Of a DNA stretch of 31,113 bases, positions 1 to 6,399 are shown one piece after another. The DNA comes from a virus. Location of the stretch: the IMG/VR virus record IMGVR_UViG_3300017776_000090, positions 1 through 31,113 of that record. One strand, given 5' to 3'. Each line of letters starts with the position of its first letter. The first letter of the stretch is position 1. A model generated the notes under the pieces. That model worked only from the letters and a program-made list of their open reading frames with translations, was not told the origin of the DNA and made no database searches. The translations under genes and the position numbers were made by a program.

Positions 1-123
1 GCAGGTTCAGCTATCACTTATGCGCGAAGATATGCACTACAGTCTATCGCAGGTATACCGACAGCAGACGATGATGCAGAATCTGCAATGCTTAGATCAG
101 AACAGACTAAAACTCAAGAATAC
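1..123. repeat. Terminal direct repeat, copy 1 (identical to 30991..31113)
   Basis: Base-by-base comparison shows gcaggttcagctatcactta...aactcaagaatac at both window ends. The unit genome length is 30990 bp. Confidence 0.95.
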
Positions 124-330
124 CAAGATATGATTGTTGATCTTTTGCCTAGCGTCAAAGCTATTAAAGACGGCATTGCAATGGATGATTACTCAACAGC
201 AAACGAAGCATGGAAAGAATTAAGCGATACTGAGAAACAACTGCTATGGAAAGCACCAAGCAAAGGTGGGGTGTTTAGCACAAAAGAACGCGCCATAATG
301 AAAACCCCTGAATTTAGACAAGCCCAATAG
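1..330 (+). CDS. erf: ERF-family single-strand annealing recombinase, 3' part (the 5' part is at 30697..31113, and 1..123 duplicates 30991..31113)
   Basis: Frame 1 is open from base 1 to TAG 328-330 and continues the ORF that starts at ATG 30697. It contains GSAITYARRYALQSIAG, which I recognise as ERF-type. The joined product is about 207 aa. Confidence 0.8.
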   Translation, partial: AGSAITYARRYALQSIAGIPTADDDAESAMLRSEQTKTQEYQDMIVDLLPSVKAIKDGIAMDDYSTANEAWKELSDTEKQLLWKAPSKGGVFSTKERAIMKTPEFRQAQ

Positions 331-336
331 GAGAAG

Positions 337-663
337 ATGATGAAAGTAGGTATTAACGTAAGACTAGATGTAACAAAGATCGACAAAGAAAGATTATATA
401 AAGGTGCTAAAGGTACTTATTTAGACCTGACAACCTTTGTAGATACTACTAACCAAGACCAATACGAAAACAATGGCTTTGTTAGCCAGAGCCAGACTAA
501 AGAAGAACGAGAAGCAGGTCAGAAAACGCCAATACTGGGCAATGTCAAAGTGTTCTACACTGACACTAGTTCGCCAGCAGGTTCATCACAGTATGAGACT
601 ACACAGAAGGTTGGAAAAGTATTGCAGGAAGCTGAATTGCTAGATGATGACATTCCTTTTTAG
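337..663 (+). CDS. Small ssDNA-binding-like protein carrying a bacterial SSB C-terminal tip (…LLDDDIPF)
   Basis: 108-aa ORF directly after erf. AGGAG lies at 329-333, so ATG 340 has better spacing than ATG 337. The C-terminus DDDIPF (643-660) matches the E. coli SSB acidic tip. The body is too short for a canonical OB-fold SSB. Confidence 0.55.
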   Translation: MMKVGINVRLDVTKIDKERLYKGAKGTYLDLTTFVDTTNQDQYENNGFVSQSQTKEEREAGQKTPILGNVKVFYTDTSSPAGSSQYETTQKVGKVLQEAELLDDDIPF

Positions 664-672
664 CTTAAAAAC

Positions 673-692
673 CCCACCCCCGAAGGGGTGGG
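673..692 (+). terminator. GC-rich hairpin (8-bp stem cccacccc/ggggtggg, loop cgaa) with no U-tract
   Basis: Perfect inverted repeat 10 nt after the stop at 661-663. It is followed by taaaccat rather than a T run. Confidence 0.4.
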
Positions 693-753
693 TAAACCAT
701 AGGAGTGATGGCGGGGAAACCATCCCGACCAATTTAACACATAGGAGAATTAA

Positions 754-948
754 ATGATAGATTTTGGAAAGTCGTTAAAGAGAGCGCAAGAGACTAAAAA
801 CATTAACAGTAGCGATTTAGCTAGGAGTTTAGGCGTTCACAGGCAACAGATTAATATATGGCGTAATAAAAAGAATTGCAGGTTAGATACAGCAGTGAAG
901 ATTTGCACAGCTTTAGATTACAAATTAGACGATTTTATTACCCTATAA
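754..948 (+). CDS. XRE/Cro-like helix-turn-helix transcriptional regulator (64 aa)
   Basis: SSDLARSLGVHRQQINIWRNKKN is a classic HTH_3-type motif. AGGAG lies 6 nt upstream of the ATG. Confidence 0.75.
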   Translation: MIDFGKSLKRAQETKNINSSDLARSLGVHRQQINIWRNKKNCRLDTAVKICTALDYKLDDFITL

Positions 949-955
949 AATAAAA

Positions 956-971
956 CCCCCTATAAAGGGGG
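956..971 (+). terminator. Hairpin ccccc-tataaa-ggggg followed by cttta
   Basis: 5-bp GC stem 8 nt after stop 946-948, with a weak T-rich tail. Confidence 0.35.
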
Positions 972-972
972 C

Positions 973-1001
973 TTTACAAGTGCAAGTATTATTGCAATAC
1001 T
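973..1001 (+). promoter_or_regulatory. Sigma70-like promoter candidate: TTTACA-N14-TGc-AATACT (extended -10)
   Basis: TTTACA at 973-978, TG at 993-994, AATACT at 996-1001, with a 17-nt spacer. It faces into the 408-bp ORF-free region. Confidence 0.3.
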
Positions 1002-1356
1002 GTATGTGCGGATACAGAAAGGATAGTCTAACACATTACTTTAACGTCTAGTAATGTATTTTAATCCCCTTTCTTTACACGCCTAGTTATCGGGCTAGAG
1101 GCTGGCGAATCTCTTAAATCAAACGCCAGAGCGAAGTTGACCCTCTTGACATAGCCCCTGAAGCAGATCGGTTTCTGCTGACGGATAGATTAGATATTCG
1201 ATACGATAACGAAATAACCGCAGAGTAGCGCAAGCCCTTTGATCTAAAAATTTAACTGCGACAGGTTAAAGGGTGAAACTTATCTGAAAAATATATATTT
1301 AAATATACATTTAATAACATAACAGGCGAGGCTAGTCCGAGCCATAGGAGACTAAA

Positions 1357-1581
1357 ATGACACAACATCAAAGAATACATAATTATCTTTTAGAAAATAA
1401 ATTCATCACTGCTAGAGAGGCTATGTTAGATTTAGGTATTTATCGACTATCTGCGAGAATATCGGAAATGCTGGCAGATGGAATATCTATAAGCAAAAAA
1501 AGGATTACAGTAAAAAATAGATGGAATGAAAAATGCAATATTGTTGAATACAGTTTAGGTGATAAAAATGTTACTCAATAA
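1357..1581 (+). CDS. Winged-helix DNA-binding protein (HTH_39-like)
   Basis: The pattern ITAREAMLDLGIYRLSARISEMLADGISI resembles the phage HTH_39 family as I recall it. AGGAG lies upstream. Confidence 0.55.
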   Translation: MTQHQRIHNYLLENKFITAREAMLDLGIYRLSARISEMLADGISISKKRITVKNRWNEKCNIVEYSLGDKNVTQ

Positions 1582-1939
1582 TGGTTCTACCTATATAGCT
1601 GATGACAAGGATGTTATCGCTTGGCAGAAAATATATAAGGCAGTAGATGTGCATCAAGAATTAGCCGCTATGGAATCATGGCTAGATGCTAACCCTACTA
1701 GAAGAAAAACACCTAAAGGAATTAAGCGGTTTATCAACTCTTGGCTGGCTAGAGCGCAAGACAAAGGCGGCTCACCACAGGCAAGGGCTAGAACAACTAG
1801 TTCAAAAGCTATAAGCATTGAAGATAAGCTGGCAGATGTTAGTTGGATACAACACGAAGGTGCTAAGTTAGAAGCTAAACAATTTTATCTTAGAACCAAA
1901 GGCTTTTACTTTGATGGGGGTGAAAGACATGAAGCATAG
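1568..1939 (+). CDS. Conserved phage protein, possibly replication-associated (DnaT-like C-terminal-domain flavour)
   Basis: The track ORF starts at GTG 1559. ATG 1568 has AGGTGA 7 nt upstream. The motif VDVHQELAAMESWLDANPTRRKTPKGIKRFINSWLARAQ recalls a family often found next to lambdoid replication genes. The function is not secure. Confidence 0.45.
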   Translation: MLLNNGSTYIADDKDVIAWQKIYKAVDVHQELAAMESWLDANPTRRKTPKGIKRFINSWLARAQDKGGSPQARARTTSSKAISIEDKLADVSWIQHEGAKLEAKQFYLRTKGFYFDGGERHEA

Positions 1940-2102
1940 AATATATTACGAATACAAAAGTTATGGTTTTGTCGATATTGAATCTAAAGAAAAAGAAACC
2001 GCTGAACAAGATGTTTTAGATATGCTTTGCTGGAATGGAACACAATTTTGCGAAGAAGATTATATGGAAGCAACTATTGAATATGCTACGGAGATAGATT
2101 AG
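1929..2102 (+). CDS. Hypothetical protein (57 aa from ATG 1929; the track start 1911 is TTG)
   Basis: GGGGG at 1916-1920 precedes ATG 1929. The product is acidic and Cys-containing. Confidence 0.5.
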   Translation: MKHRIYYEYKSYGFVDIESKEKETAEQDVLDMLCWNGTQFCEEDYMEATIEYATEID

Positions 2103-2233
2103 TGAAAGAATCTAAGTGGATTGTCTGGGTAGGAAGTACGCCGTACTTTTTTGATTACAGAGAAGATGCACAGGATTTTGCTGACTCTTGGATTGAGCAA
2201 GGGTATGACGACATAATTATTGAGAGGGCATAA
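2102..2233 (+). CDS. Small hypothetical protein (43 aa, GTG start), VKESKWIVWVGSTPYFFDYREDAQDFADSWIEQGYDDIIIERA
   Basis: It fills the gap exactly: the stop of the upstream gene overlaps the GTG (taGTG), and its TAA overlaps the next ATG (TAATG). It is below the track length cutoff. Confidence 0.4.
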   Translation: MKESKWIVWVGSTPYFFDYREDAQDFADSWIEQGYDDIIIERA

Positions 2234-2511
2234 TGGGTAATATTAGAAAAATTGAATATCGAGGCACAAACAATAGTTTAGTTAATGGTGAAAAATACAC
2301 ATATAAAGAATTTGCAGAAGTTGCGGGTGTAAGTTATAGGTGCTTTGTCAGTAGAGCGCACAATAAAAAATACATCACTGATAAAGAACTAGTCCCATTG
2401 AATGCACATAAGATTCCAAACAAGTGGAAAAACAAGCCTGATTTAACTGAGTCAAGGCATGAAACCTATTTTGAAAAAGTTAGTCAGGTTTGGTTAAGCA
2501 AAAGTTTATGA
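2233..2511 (+). CDS. Hypothetical protein with a possible HTH (TYKEFAEVAGVSYRCFVSRA)
   Basis: 92-aa ORF, translationally coupled on both sides. Confidence 0.6.
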   Translation: MGNIRKIEYRGTNNSLVNGEKYTYKEFAEVAGVSYRCFVSRAHNKKYITDKELVPLNAHKIPNKWKNKPDLTESRHETYFEKVSQVWLSKSL

Positions 2512-2966
2512 CTGAGGGGGCGTTTGTGAAGTTTAATAACAAGCAAGATGTAGAGAAAAAAGCTAAGTACCTAATTGACAACATGATGGGCTGGGACTTT
2601 AGTCAGCCTCTTGCGGTTAAGTTAGAGCCATATCAAAGCCCAAGAAGCCTTAACCAAAACGCCTTATTGCATATGTGGTGCAGAGAGATAGCAAAAGGCA
2701 TGGAGAAGAAAGGCTTTAAGGTTACAGAGGGTGATGCTCTGGAAGCATGGAAGCTATGGTTAAAGCGCAGGTTTATAGGTACAGATAATTTCCAGATTAG
2801 TAAGACAGAGATTAAAGGGCAAGTTAAGCGCAGTTCTGATCTAAATAAGGGTGATATGGTGCATTTTATGGATCAGTGCTATCATTGGGCAAGAGAGCAG
2901 GGGATAAACCTAACAATTCCAAAAGAAAGCGAATATGCGGAGTTGCTAAAACAACAGGAGAATTAG
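2508..2966 (+). CDS. ninB: NinB/Orf-like recombination mediator
   Basis: ATG 2508 overlaps the upstream TGA (ATGA). The motifs RSLNQNALLHMWCREIA, EAWK and SSDLNKGDMVHFMD parallel lambda NinB RSLDQNRKLWACLGDVS, ESWK and STSRMRVGEFAELLE. Confidence 0.65.
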   Translation: MTEGAFVKFNNKQDVEKKAKYLIDNMMGWDFSQPLAVKLEPYQSPRSLNQNALLHMWCREIAKGMEKKGFKVTEGDALEAWKLWLKRRFIGTDNFQISKTEIKGQVKRSSDLNKGDMVHFMDQCYHWAREQGINLTIPKESEYAELLKQQEN

Positions 2967-2968
2967 GG

Positions 2969-4150
2969 ATGGACAAGATAGACCCAAGAACACTGTTAGA
3001 GTTAGACATACCAATAACTGATAGACAAAGAGAATACCTAGAAGCCACAATAGAATGTGGATCACACACAAAAGCCGCAAAGAAATTAGGCGTGAGCCGC
3101 AGGGCAGTTGATCGCGGAATAAAATTAGTAGAAGCAAAAGCCGCATCAGTCGGAGTTGCACCCCACCGAGATTTGACCAGACAAACCGCAGAAGGCTTTG
3201 AAGCCAAACGCATTTCCACCGCATATAAAGACGATGGTTCAGTTGCCTTGCAATGGGTTATCCAAGAACCACTTAAACGCGATATGCGAGCAAAAATCGA
3301 AGCCTTACTGGATGGGTTAGTCGATGACATAACAGGGCTTAAAAAGCCACAGAAGCCCCCTAAAGAGGTAGACAGCGACTATTGCGCTATGTATCTGATA
3401 GGCGATCACCATTTTGGTATGCTTGCTGACTCCGATACTAAGCTAGATGACGATGATTGGGATGTAAAAATAGCAACAAAGATTCTAGGCAATGCTGTTG
3501 ATCGACTAGCAAAGAGAGTTGGTAACGCTCATACAGGTGTTTTAGTAAACGTAGGTGATTTTTTTCACGCTGACTCTAGTGCCAATACTACTACAGCGGG
3601 AACGCCAGTAGATGTTGATACACGAATTGGAAAGACGTTTAAACTAGCAGGTCGGTTGTTTCAGTTGCTTATAGATAAGATGCTAGAGACACATCAGGAA
3701 GTTGTTGTTATCAATGTTAGAGGCAACCATGATTCAGATATGGCTTGCCACTTGTCTAGTTGCCTAGAGTTACTATACGACAAAGAACCAAGAGTAGATG
3801 TGCTTAAAAACTACTCAAAATTCCTACACTGGGAATGGGAAAACAACCTATTTGTCTATCATCATGGCGATAGAATTAAACATGAGCAAATTCTACAGGC
3901 GGTAATAACTAACCTAGATGATGAATGGTCGCAATGTAAGAACCGCTACTGCCATTTGGGGCATATACACCACCACATGAGCAGAGAGGTAGGAAGTATG
4001 CAGTTTAGCCATTGGGGTGCTTTGTGTTCCACCGATCAATGGCATAGTGATTCGGGCTTTGGTGCAGAGCGATCTATGACGGCTATTGTTTATCACAAGC
4101 AATATGGTGAAGATTCAAGAGTAAAAATTAATGTCGATGCTGTTAAATGA
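2969..4150 (+). CDS. N-terminal HTH fused to a calcineurin-like metallophosphoesterase (393 aa)
   Basis: ATG 2969 lies 8 nt after AGGAG, and the track start 2876 sits inside ninB. HTH: TDRQREYLEATIECGSHTKAAKKLGVSRRAVDRGI. The MPE motifs occur in order: GDHHFG, VGDFFHAD, RGNHD, HHGD, GHIHHH. Confidence 0.75.
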   Translation: MDKIDPRTLLELDIPITDRQREYLEATIECGSHTKAAKKLGVSRRAVDRGIKLVEAKAASVGVAPHRDLTRQTAEGFEAKRISTAYKDDGSVALQWVIQEPLKRDMRAKIEALLDGLVDDITGLKKPQKPPKEVDSDYCAMYLIGDHHFGMLADSDTKLDDDDWDVKIATKILGNAVDRLAKRVGNAHTGVLVNVGDFFHADSSANTTTAGTPVDVDTRIGKTFKLAGRLFQLLIDKMLETHQEVVVINVRGNHDSDMACHLSSCLELLYDKEPRVDVLKNYSKFLHWEWENNLFVYHHGDRIKHEQILQAVITNLDDEWSQCKNRYCHLGHIHHHMSREVGSMQFSHWGALCSTDQWHSDSGFGAERSMTAIVYHKQYGEDSRVKINVDAVK

Positions 4151-4350
4151 GCAAAGTTATAAAATTTCCTGATGGTGGCGATAATGATAATGAAAAGCAT
4201 ATTACAGTTAATAAAGAATTTTGTTCAACTTGCGGTGGTGGTCTCGAGTTGTGGACTTCTAGCGATCTTGTGGCTTATGGTGTTTGCCCTCTTTGTGATC
4301 TGGGAGTTGGTACACAGCCCATTATACTTGTTAAGAGCAATGAGGAATGA
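4147..4350 (+). CDS. Small zinc-ribbon protein (CSTC…CPLC)
   Basis: 67 aa, ATGA overlap with the upstream gene, two CxxC pairs. Confidence 0.6.
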   Translation: MSKVIKFPDGGDNDNEKHITVNKEFCSTCGGGLELWTSSDLVAYGVCPLCDLGVGTQPIILVKSNEE

Positions 4351-4782
4351 ATGGCTAAGAGAAAGAAACTAACTGTTGCACAAGAGGTAGAGAAAGCCGC
4401 CAAGCTGTTGCAAAGATATGTAAGAATAAAAGCGGCAGATGATAATGGGTATTGCACCTGCGTTACTTGCGGCAAGGTTGACCATTATAAGTCAATGCAA
4501 GGCGGTCATTTTTACAGCAGGCGGCATACAGTCTTTAAGTTGTTTGAAGAAAACATTCACCCTCAATGCCCAGCTTGTAACCAGTGGGGTATGAAAACAA
4601 CTAAGATACAAGAAGCCTACCGCATCTATATGGAAGATATGTATGGTGCTAGACGAATCAGGGCAATGCAAAAACTAGCATGGCGACCAGCACCTAAGTT
4701 TGACAGGCAAGAAGTTATAGAATTTCAAAAGGAATTAAAGGAAAAAATCAGGGATGAAGAGTACAGAATTGGAGAATATTAA
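4351..4782 (+). CDS. ninG: NinG/Rap-like recombination endonuclease
   Basis: CTCVTCGK…QGGHFYSRRH…NIHPQCPACN matches the Cys/His pattern of the lambda NinG family. It has a basic N-terminus. Confidence 0.7.
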   Translation: MAKRKKLTVAQEVEKAAKLLQRYVRIKAADDNGYCTCVTCGKVDHYKSMQGGHFYSRRHTVFKLFEENIHPQCPACNQWGMKTTKIQEAYRIYMEDMYGARRIRAMQKLAWRPAPKFDRQEVIEFQKELKEKIRDEEYRIGEY

Positions 4783-4797
4783 AAAAAGTTAATAAAA

Positions 4798-4863
4798 GGC
4801 TTTACTTTTATAAATATCTGTATAATAATAGTTATACATTAATCAAATACAGAGAGCAATAAC
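4798..4863 (+). promoter_or_regulatory. Promoter-like/5'-leader element, copy A (paralogous to 30265..30331)
   Basis: gcTTTACTTTtaTAAATATcTGtATAAT… followed by TACATTAATCAAAT (4835-4848) and ACAGAG. The 14-mer is identical at 30301-30314. Confidence 0.45.
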
Positions 4864-5028
4864 ATGAAAGATTCATTCGCAACACAGCTAATTGTTAATA
4901 AAATGAACAGTATGCTAAGAAGAGGTCTTACTAGATACGACTGTATCAAAGCCCTAAAAGCAGCTGAGTATAATTCATATACAATAATGTGGCTAATGGA
5001 CAAAGTAGATAAAAATTTAGAGTCATAA
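4864..5028 (+). CDS. Small hypothetical protein (54 aa) MKDSFATQLIVNKMNSMLRRGLTRYDCIKALKAAEYNSYTIMWLMDKVDKNLES
   Basis: Open frame translated by hand. It is the first ORF after element A and is below the track cutoff. Confidence 0.45.
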   Translation: MKDSFATQLIVNKMNSMLRRGLTRYDCIKALKAAEYNSYTIMWLMDKVDKNLES

Positions 5029-5034
5029 TCAAAC

Positions 5035-5052
5035 TGCCCTCGAAAGGGGGCA
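5035..5052 (+). other. RNA hairpin with a GAAA tetraloop (tgccctc-GAAA-gggggca), no U-tract
   Basis: 7-bp stem with one G-U pair. The core ccYcgaaagggggcaac is shared with 30484-30500. Confidence 0.5.
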
Positions 5053-5076
5053 ACTAATCAAACAGAGGTAACAAAA

Positions 5077-5241
5077 ATGAACGACTTATATCAAAGAACT
5101 TATATGGACTATAACAAAGAGGAACGCATGGACAGCGACAGCATCAAAGGCTTAGTTGCCGCAGTAGTTTTATTTGCTATGTATGCTTTTGTTTCAACTA
5201 TGGATTATCAAGACTGCATCAGGGGGGCTGTATCATGCTAA
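5077..5241 (+). CDS. Small membrane protein (54 aa; TM GLVAAVVLFAMYAFVSTM)
   Basis: ATG 5077 lies after GAGG (5065-5068), and the stop overlaps the next gene. Confidence 0.5.
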   Translation: MNDLYQRTYMDYNKEERMDSDSIKGLVAAVVLFAMYAFVSTMDYQDCIRGAVSC

Positions 5242-5720
5242 CCGATTATTCCGATTTGATAGATTTGCACTACGACACTTTAAACAAGGAAGATGCTAGG
5301 CTGTTAGACTTGCCAGATGAAGCAACAGACAGGGCAGTCTACCTATGGCTAAAAACGCACAAGTCATGGTATGACGATATCTACCCTGCAAGCATAAGTC
5401 GTAGCGTAGGCGATATAGCCACAGAAATGCTGTTTGGCAAAACACCAGTTGCAAGCAGAATAGTAACTAATCTGTTTGTTGCAATGGCTGAAGATAGCGA
5501 TTCTGATGACAGGGATGACCTTTGGTGGACTTGTGCAGGTGACTTATACCTAGACACTATAGTCAACTTAGGTAACTTTGCAGATGAGTTTAGAAGCCTT
5601 ATCTACCTGTACCTAGAAGGCGACATAGAGGATGCTGTCTTTGAGCAAAAAGCGCAGTATGATGGCGAGATGCAACGTGAGGCAGGTATTTATTTAAGCG
5701 AAGTAAGGGGAAATTGTTAA
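5235..5720 (+). CDS. Highly acidic hypothetical protein (161 aa)
   Basis: Long ORF with many D/E residues, including EDSDSDDRDD. I recognised no catalytic motif. Confidence 0.7.
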   Translation: MLTDYSDLIDLHYDTLNKEDARLLDLPDEATDRAVYLWLKTHKSWYDDIYPASISRSVGDIATEMLFGKTPVASRIVTNLFVAMAEDSDSDDRDDLWWTCAGDLYLDTIVNLGNFADEFRSLIYLYLEGDIEDAVFEQKAQYDGEMQREAGIYLSEVRGNC

Positions 5721-5890
5721 TGACTGACTTAACAAAAAAATGGGAAAACCTGCGAGACAGCTATCCACAGTTAGAGAATGAGTTTGACAAAGAAGAAAGA
5801 ACAGCATTTGACAGGTGGGTTGAGCAAATGGGATTTGATGGTATTATACAACTGACAGGGGGAAAAGATGACAAAGCAAAAGAAAGCTAA
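5720..5890 (+). CDS. Small hypothetical protein (56 aa) MTDLTKKWENLRDSYPQLENEFDKEERTAFDRWVEQMGFDGIIQLTGGKDDKAKES
   Basis: TAATG coupling to the upstream gene. Translated by hand; below the track cutoff. Confidence 0.45.
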   Translation: MTDLTKKWENLRDSYPQLENEFDKEERTAFDRWVEQMGFDGIIQLTGGKDDKAKES

Positions 5891-6065
5891 AATATCAATT
5901 AAAGAGGCAAACAACATGGCAGATATGGCATTGTTAAAAACTAAGATCAAAGGCTACATTTCTAGCGGAGTAGAATGGCTAGAGTCGGATTTTAAAGGTC
6001 ATAAACGCGGCAAGATTCTATTTATCGCAATAGTTGCCGTAATGGTATTTGCACAAATTTCATAG
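5868..6065 (+). CDS. Small C-tail-anchored membrane protein (65 aa; ILFIAIVAVMVFAQI)
   Basis: GGGGGAAAAG precedes the ATG. It overlaps the preceding small ORF by 23 nt. Confidence 0.45.
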   Translation: MTKQKKAKISIKEANNMADMALLKTKIKGYISSGVEWLESDFKGHKRGKILFIAIVAVMVFAQIS

Positions 6066-6229
6066 TGTAGTCCTAAGTAGCAAGGTGTTACTCCCACCTG
6101 ATTAGCCAGCTTGGTTCACTGGTGCTACGAAACGAACCATTACTAAAGCGCATAACTAATATAATTAAATAGCAGTAGTAGCAACCTGTAACACTCTCTA
6201 TAATCTCGCCTTAACCACTGAGGCATCTA

Positions 6230-6334
6230 ATGAAAACCATTCTTATATTCGCAATCATTGCGCTTGCGCTAATCGCCTATGACGATCTAAAAGGCAGAAA
6301 CCAACACATCACGCGGCACGAAGAAACTAATTGA
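6230..6334 (+). CDS. Candidate 34-aa membrane micro-ORF MKTILIFAIIALALIAYDDLKGRNQHITRHEETN
   Basis: GAGG lies 6 nt upstream and TATAAT sits at 6199-6204. It is the only plausible ORF in the 334-bp gap. Confidence 0.3.
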   Translation: MKTILIFAIIALALIAYDDLKGRNQHITRHEETN

Positions 6335-6399
6335 TTGACCGATTAACATACTATATGATTATAAGTCATAGAAACTAATGCCATAGGCAAGGTGTAACT

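Noticed and set aside
708-737. 9-codon ORF (MAGKPSRPI) after an AGGAG in the leader of the Cro-like gene, considered as a possible leader peptide.
   Set aside because: The SD-to-ATG spacing is only 2 nt and the ORF is too short to evaluate. The AGGAG is more likely part of the recurring CATAGGAG motif.
2876-2968. Upstream extensions proposed by the ORF track at non-ATG or poorly placed starts: 2876 for the MPE, 2490 for ninB, 8197 for the portal, 17664 for the GNAT, 22351, 28904 and 30462.
   Set aside because: The extensions start at TTG/GTG or lie inside the preceding gene. Downstream ATGs have proper Shine-Dalgarno spacing or ATGA/TAATG coupling, so the shorter models are preferred.
4172-4372. 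66-aa + strand ORF in an alternative frame overlapping the zinc-ribbon gene and the ninG start.
   Set aside because: It is almost entirely overlapped by ORFs with recognisable motifs (CxxC pairs, NinG). Its hydrophobic, low-complexity translation and missing RBS point to a shadow frame.
4798-4826. Reading copy A of the duplicated element as a canonical sigma70 promoter TTTACT…TATAAT.
   Set aside because: The spacer between TTTACT (4801-4806) and TATAAT (4821-4826) is only 14 nt, and alternative hexamers are poorer. I report it only as a conserved promoter-like or regulatory element, not a defined sigma70 promoter. Copy B has a better 16-nt spacer with an extended -10.
6066-6230. Possible tRNA or other structured RNA, suggested by local stems ggtg…cacc, ccag…ctgg and ggttc…gaacc.
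   Set aside because: There is no T-loop (GTTCRANY) in a 5-bp stem context, no cloverleaf spacing and no acceptor-stem pairing. I saw no tRNA-like signature elsewhere in the window.
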